64,000 nucleotides of DNA from Obrimoposthia wandeli (taxonomy: Eukaryota). The DNA lies in NCBI GenBank assembly GCA_977020255.1, contig CDROCS010005562.1, positions 1-64,000 of the forward strand. The letters run 5' to 3'. The notes under the pieces are model-generated. The model worked only from the letters and a program-made list of their open reading frames with translations. It did no database searches and was not told where the DNA came from. A program made the position numbers and the translations under genes. How positions within the stretch are numbered: the first letter of the stretch is position 1; every line of letters starts with the position of its first letter. Shown here in pieces: positions 61,438 to 64,000 of the stretch.

Positions 61438-62112
61438 CTAAAACTTTCCACCATTACTCATTTCAATGATGCTATGGTGGAAAATTTCCTTTTTCAACTC
61501 AAGTTGATTTTGATTAAATTTAATACCAATCTTAAATTGACCAGAGTCTGCCTGAACACTTGTAACATGCCCTTCAAATTCAGCTTTAATGCCTGAAGAC
61601 GTTGAGAGGTTAATAGATATGTAGTTACCTTTGAGTATATATATATCTTGATTTTCAATTACTAAACCACAGCCTGAAATTGAAAAATCGAGCATTTTTG
61701 CTGGGCATAGTTTTCCATTACACTTAATATCGACTGTATATACTGCTTCAATCCGAGGCTCTTCACGGATCTTATGGGTTGCTATATTTGTCGGCATATC
61801 AAGCGAAAGCATTTTAACAGGGCGATAAATAATGGTATTAATCTTCGTTTTAAACGCAACAATATCTCGAAAGCTTGTATCTGTAATAGCCCGAACAATA
61901 ATGCTAGCATTTTCTAGAAAAACTTGATCAAACCCAGAGTCTCGTCCCATCGGATATTCCAGCAGAATGAAATCATCTTTTTTATAACCGATTAAGCGAG
62001 ACGTAGCTTGTGATTTAATCCCATTAGGGAGAATAACTTCAATTAGCAAGCGCATACCAATATGCATTAATTTAAGTGCACCAATATCCGCCTCAGGTTT
62101 GGTAATTTTCAT
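61438..62112 (-). CDS. YcgR-like PilZ domain c-di-GMP receptor
   Basis: PilZN domain plus REEPR (RxxxR) and DFSISG (DxSxxG). Confidence 0.88.
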   Translation of the reverse strand: MKITKPEADIGALKLMHIGMRLLIEVILPNGIKSQATSRLIGYKKDDFILLEYPMGRDSGFDQVFLENASIIVRAITDTSFRDIVAFKTKINTIIYRPVKMLSLDMPTNIATHKIREEPRIEAVYTVDIKCNGKLCPAKMLDFSISGCGLVIENQDIYILKGNYISINLSTSSGIKAEFEGHVTSVQADSGQFKIGIKFNQNQLELKKEIFHHSIIEMSNGGKF

Positions 62113-62332
62113 ATTTATCAGCTTTTTACAGTGTATAATTCAAGACTAGGATAATAACTTTTATGTCTGTACTTTTCAAAATAATTAGCACAAATAATAC
62201 AATAACTAATTATAACTTATCGTTTTATGTTGAAAATCATGAAAATCAGAGTGATTAACCCACTTTAAACATTCTAGTGGCTGTAATAAGTTAATAACAC
62301 AATCGTTTAGCAGGTTTAAGCGGTACATTATT

Positions 62333-62527
62333 ATGGCTAGGTATTATATTGATTGTCGCGATTATCCCGGTGATGTGAAATGCTCAGTGGCACAGGCTGC
62401 TGATTCTAAAGAAGAGCTACTGAAAGCTGTTGTCGAGCATGGCACCAAAGTACACGGTTATGAAGATACGCCGGAATTCAGAGACAATATAACCAAAGAA
62501 TTTAAGCTAGGCACGCCACCCATCTAA
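62333..62527 (+). CDS. DUF1059-like small protein
   Basis: IDCRDYP...C...ADSKEELLKAVVEHG..VHG pattern. Confidence 0.75.
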   Translation: MARYYIDCRDYPGDVKCSVAQAADSKEELLKAVVEHGTKVHGYEDTPEFRDNITKEFKLGTPPI

Positions 62528-62573
62528 GTGCAGGGCTTTCAGTTGGGAATAAAATGGGAAGATTATATAAACT

Positions 62574-62605
62574 AAAGTGACTCAGGTTTAATATTGAGTC
62601 ACTTT
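62574..62605. terminator. Bidirectional terminator
   Basis: AAAGTGACTCA-N10-TGAGTCACTTT between convergent genes. Confidence 0.75.
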
Positions 62606-62634
62606 GCTAGCCCGCGTCTTACATTAACTCTACA

Positions 62635-63585
62635 CTACAATGTTATTTCAATTGTACTTGCCGATTCATTTAATAGTGAATTGAGCAGTCCGGTATTAGC
62701 AATAAAGTAATTGGAAAAGTTATCAGCAGCATCCATCATTGCTGATTTATATGAACCTGAACTTTGTCCTTTAAATTTAATCACCTTACTGACAAGTGCA
62801 GGTTGACCAATATCGATTTGCATAACCACATTGGCAATGGTCTTTCCTGTGCGCTCGGTCTTAGATCTAAATCGAATAGGCGTACAGGCTTTATCATCTT
62901 TCAATACAAATTGACTCGACTGAATCGCACTTTCAATTGACGGTAAGTAAATTTTATCAGCCATGCGATCATGGCTTTTTTTGATATTAAAACAAGTAGA
63001 ACCAATGAATGCATTTTGCTTAGTTAAGAGTGTTTCAATATCGCGATGATAATTGCTGGCTTTAGTCGATGAAGACGCAACGGAGCGCGCTCGTTTGGCT
63101 GATAAATCTAACTTGTTTTTATTGCTCAGTAAGAATAAATAATCATTCAAATCAATTTTTTGCTTACTTAATATATGACCAAACGGTTTAAGGGCAATAT
63201 TAAGGTTATCCTCATACAAAGCAATAACCTCACTTTTTGATACTTTGCCGATTGCGTAAGAGCTCCCTTCTTGCGTTACCATCTCTGCCCAAGTGATATG
63301 AGGTAATAATACGTCCTCACTCGAAATAGCATTTGTTGACAGTGTTGTGTGTGCCCCCTCTGTACCAGACGTCATGGCACGAGAAGATACAGAGCTAGTG
63401 ACATTCGAATTAAGCGTACGGGCAATCGATGAAATGGCATCCTGCTTGGCTTTTGTTATATCTTCACCTAACCCAACACCGATGATATAGCCGTCCTGAC
63501 TCGGCGGATTTTCAGCCCAGTCAGGCGCTGCAAAAGCAGGTTTGTAAATGAAGGTTAAAACCATGAGTAATAAATACGGTTTCAT
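62635..63585 (-). CDS. LPP20-like domain exported protein
   Basis: Sec signal (AFA/A), APDW, GVGLG...AKQDAISSIAR; no lipobox Cys. Confidence 0.65.
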   Translation of the reverse strand: MKPYLLLMVLTFIYKPAFAAPDWAENPPSQDGYIIGVGLGEDITKAKQDAISSIARTLNSNVTSSVSSRAMTSGTEGAHTTLSTNAISSEDVLLPHITWAEMVTQEGSSYAIGKVSKSEVIALYEDNLNIALKPFGHILSKQKIDLNDYLFLLSNKNKLDLSAKRARSVASSSTKASNYHRDIETLLTKQNAFIGSTCFNIKKSHDRMADKIYLPSIESAIQSSQFVLKDDKACTPIRFRSKTERTGKTIANVVMQIDIGQPALVSKVIKFKGQSSGSYKSAMMDAADNFSNYFIANTGLLNSLLNESASTIEITL

Positions 63586-64000
63586 CTATATATTACTCAC
63601 AGCTAGCATTTTTTTATAAAACTCTTGTTTCGCATGCACTTTCTTTAAATAATTACGTGTTTCTACTGCAGGAAAATCATTAACTAATGAAAAATATACA
63701 GCGGCAGGTTCTAATGTATTGGCTTTCTTTGCCAAGGCTGATAATGATTTTTTACCTGTGAAGTGTCTTGCTACCGCCCCAATACCACCGTTATAAGCTG
63801 AAATAGCTAAATAAGTACGGATTTCAGGATTTTTTACCTTACGCAAATAATGCGCCTGTAAAATATTAAGGTAACCAGTCCCAATATCGATATTGAATTC
63901 TGGATTGAACAATACTTCAGCCGGTAACAATTGTTCTTTGCCTAAATAACGTTTAGTCACGTCTCTACCCGCTGAAGTAGGAACGACCTGCATTAAGCCA
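63586..64000 (-). CDS. MltC-like lytic transglycosylase, 3' part; continues past the window end
   Basis: GLMQVVPTSAG, FNIDIGTGYL, AYNGGIG, ETRNYLKKV SLT motifs. Confidence 0.88.
   Translation of the reverse strand, partial: GLMQVVPTSAGRDVTKRYLGKEQLLPAEVLFNPEFNIDIGTGYLNILQAHYLRKVKNPEIRTYLAISAYNGGIGAVARHFTGKKSLSALAKKANTLEPAAVYFSLVNDFPAVETRNYLKKVHAKQEFYKKMLAVSNI

Noticed and set aside
61360-61596. 78-aa ORF on the plus strand
   Set aside because: TTG start, mostly antisense to the PilZ gene, no motif.
1-64000. rRNA, tRNA, prophage or full transposase genes
   Set aside because: No recognisable rRNA/tRNA signature, phage structural gene or DDE transposase ORF found by eye; not confirmed by a tool.

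Overview
AT-rich (roughly 40% GC by eye) chromosomal window from a marine gammaproteobacterium; Moritella/Vibrionales-like is my inference from gene content. It holds an arsR-acr3-gapdh-arsJ arsenic operon, cstA, ynjBCD-ynjF, an H-NOX/hybrid kinase pair next to a MarR-cytochrome b-cytochrome c' module, ackA, tcyP, a complete flp/tad pilus locus (tadZ and tadV each broken by one missing base), modE separated from modABC by a cysteine desulfidase gene and two tandem Cache-GGDEF paralogs, a PilZ protein and a partial mltC-like gene. The main feature the ORF track does not show is an accessory patch at about 3.5-6.7 kb. It carries two well-formed integron attC sites plus a degenerate third, one intact and one decayed gene cassette, no intI, a frameshifted non-IntI tyrosine recombinase remnant, and a 266-bp TA-flanked MITE. 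The window is also rich in short tandem duplications, including a (RATAGT)11 microsatellite inside a GGDEF domain. No rRNA, tRNA or CRISPR was seen. All family assignments come from my own motif recognition; no database search was run.
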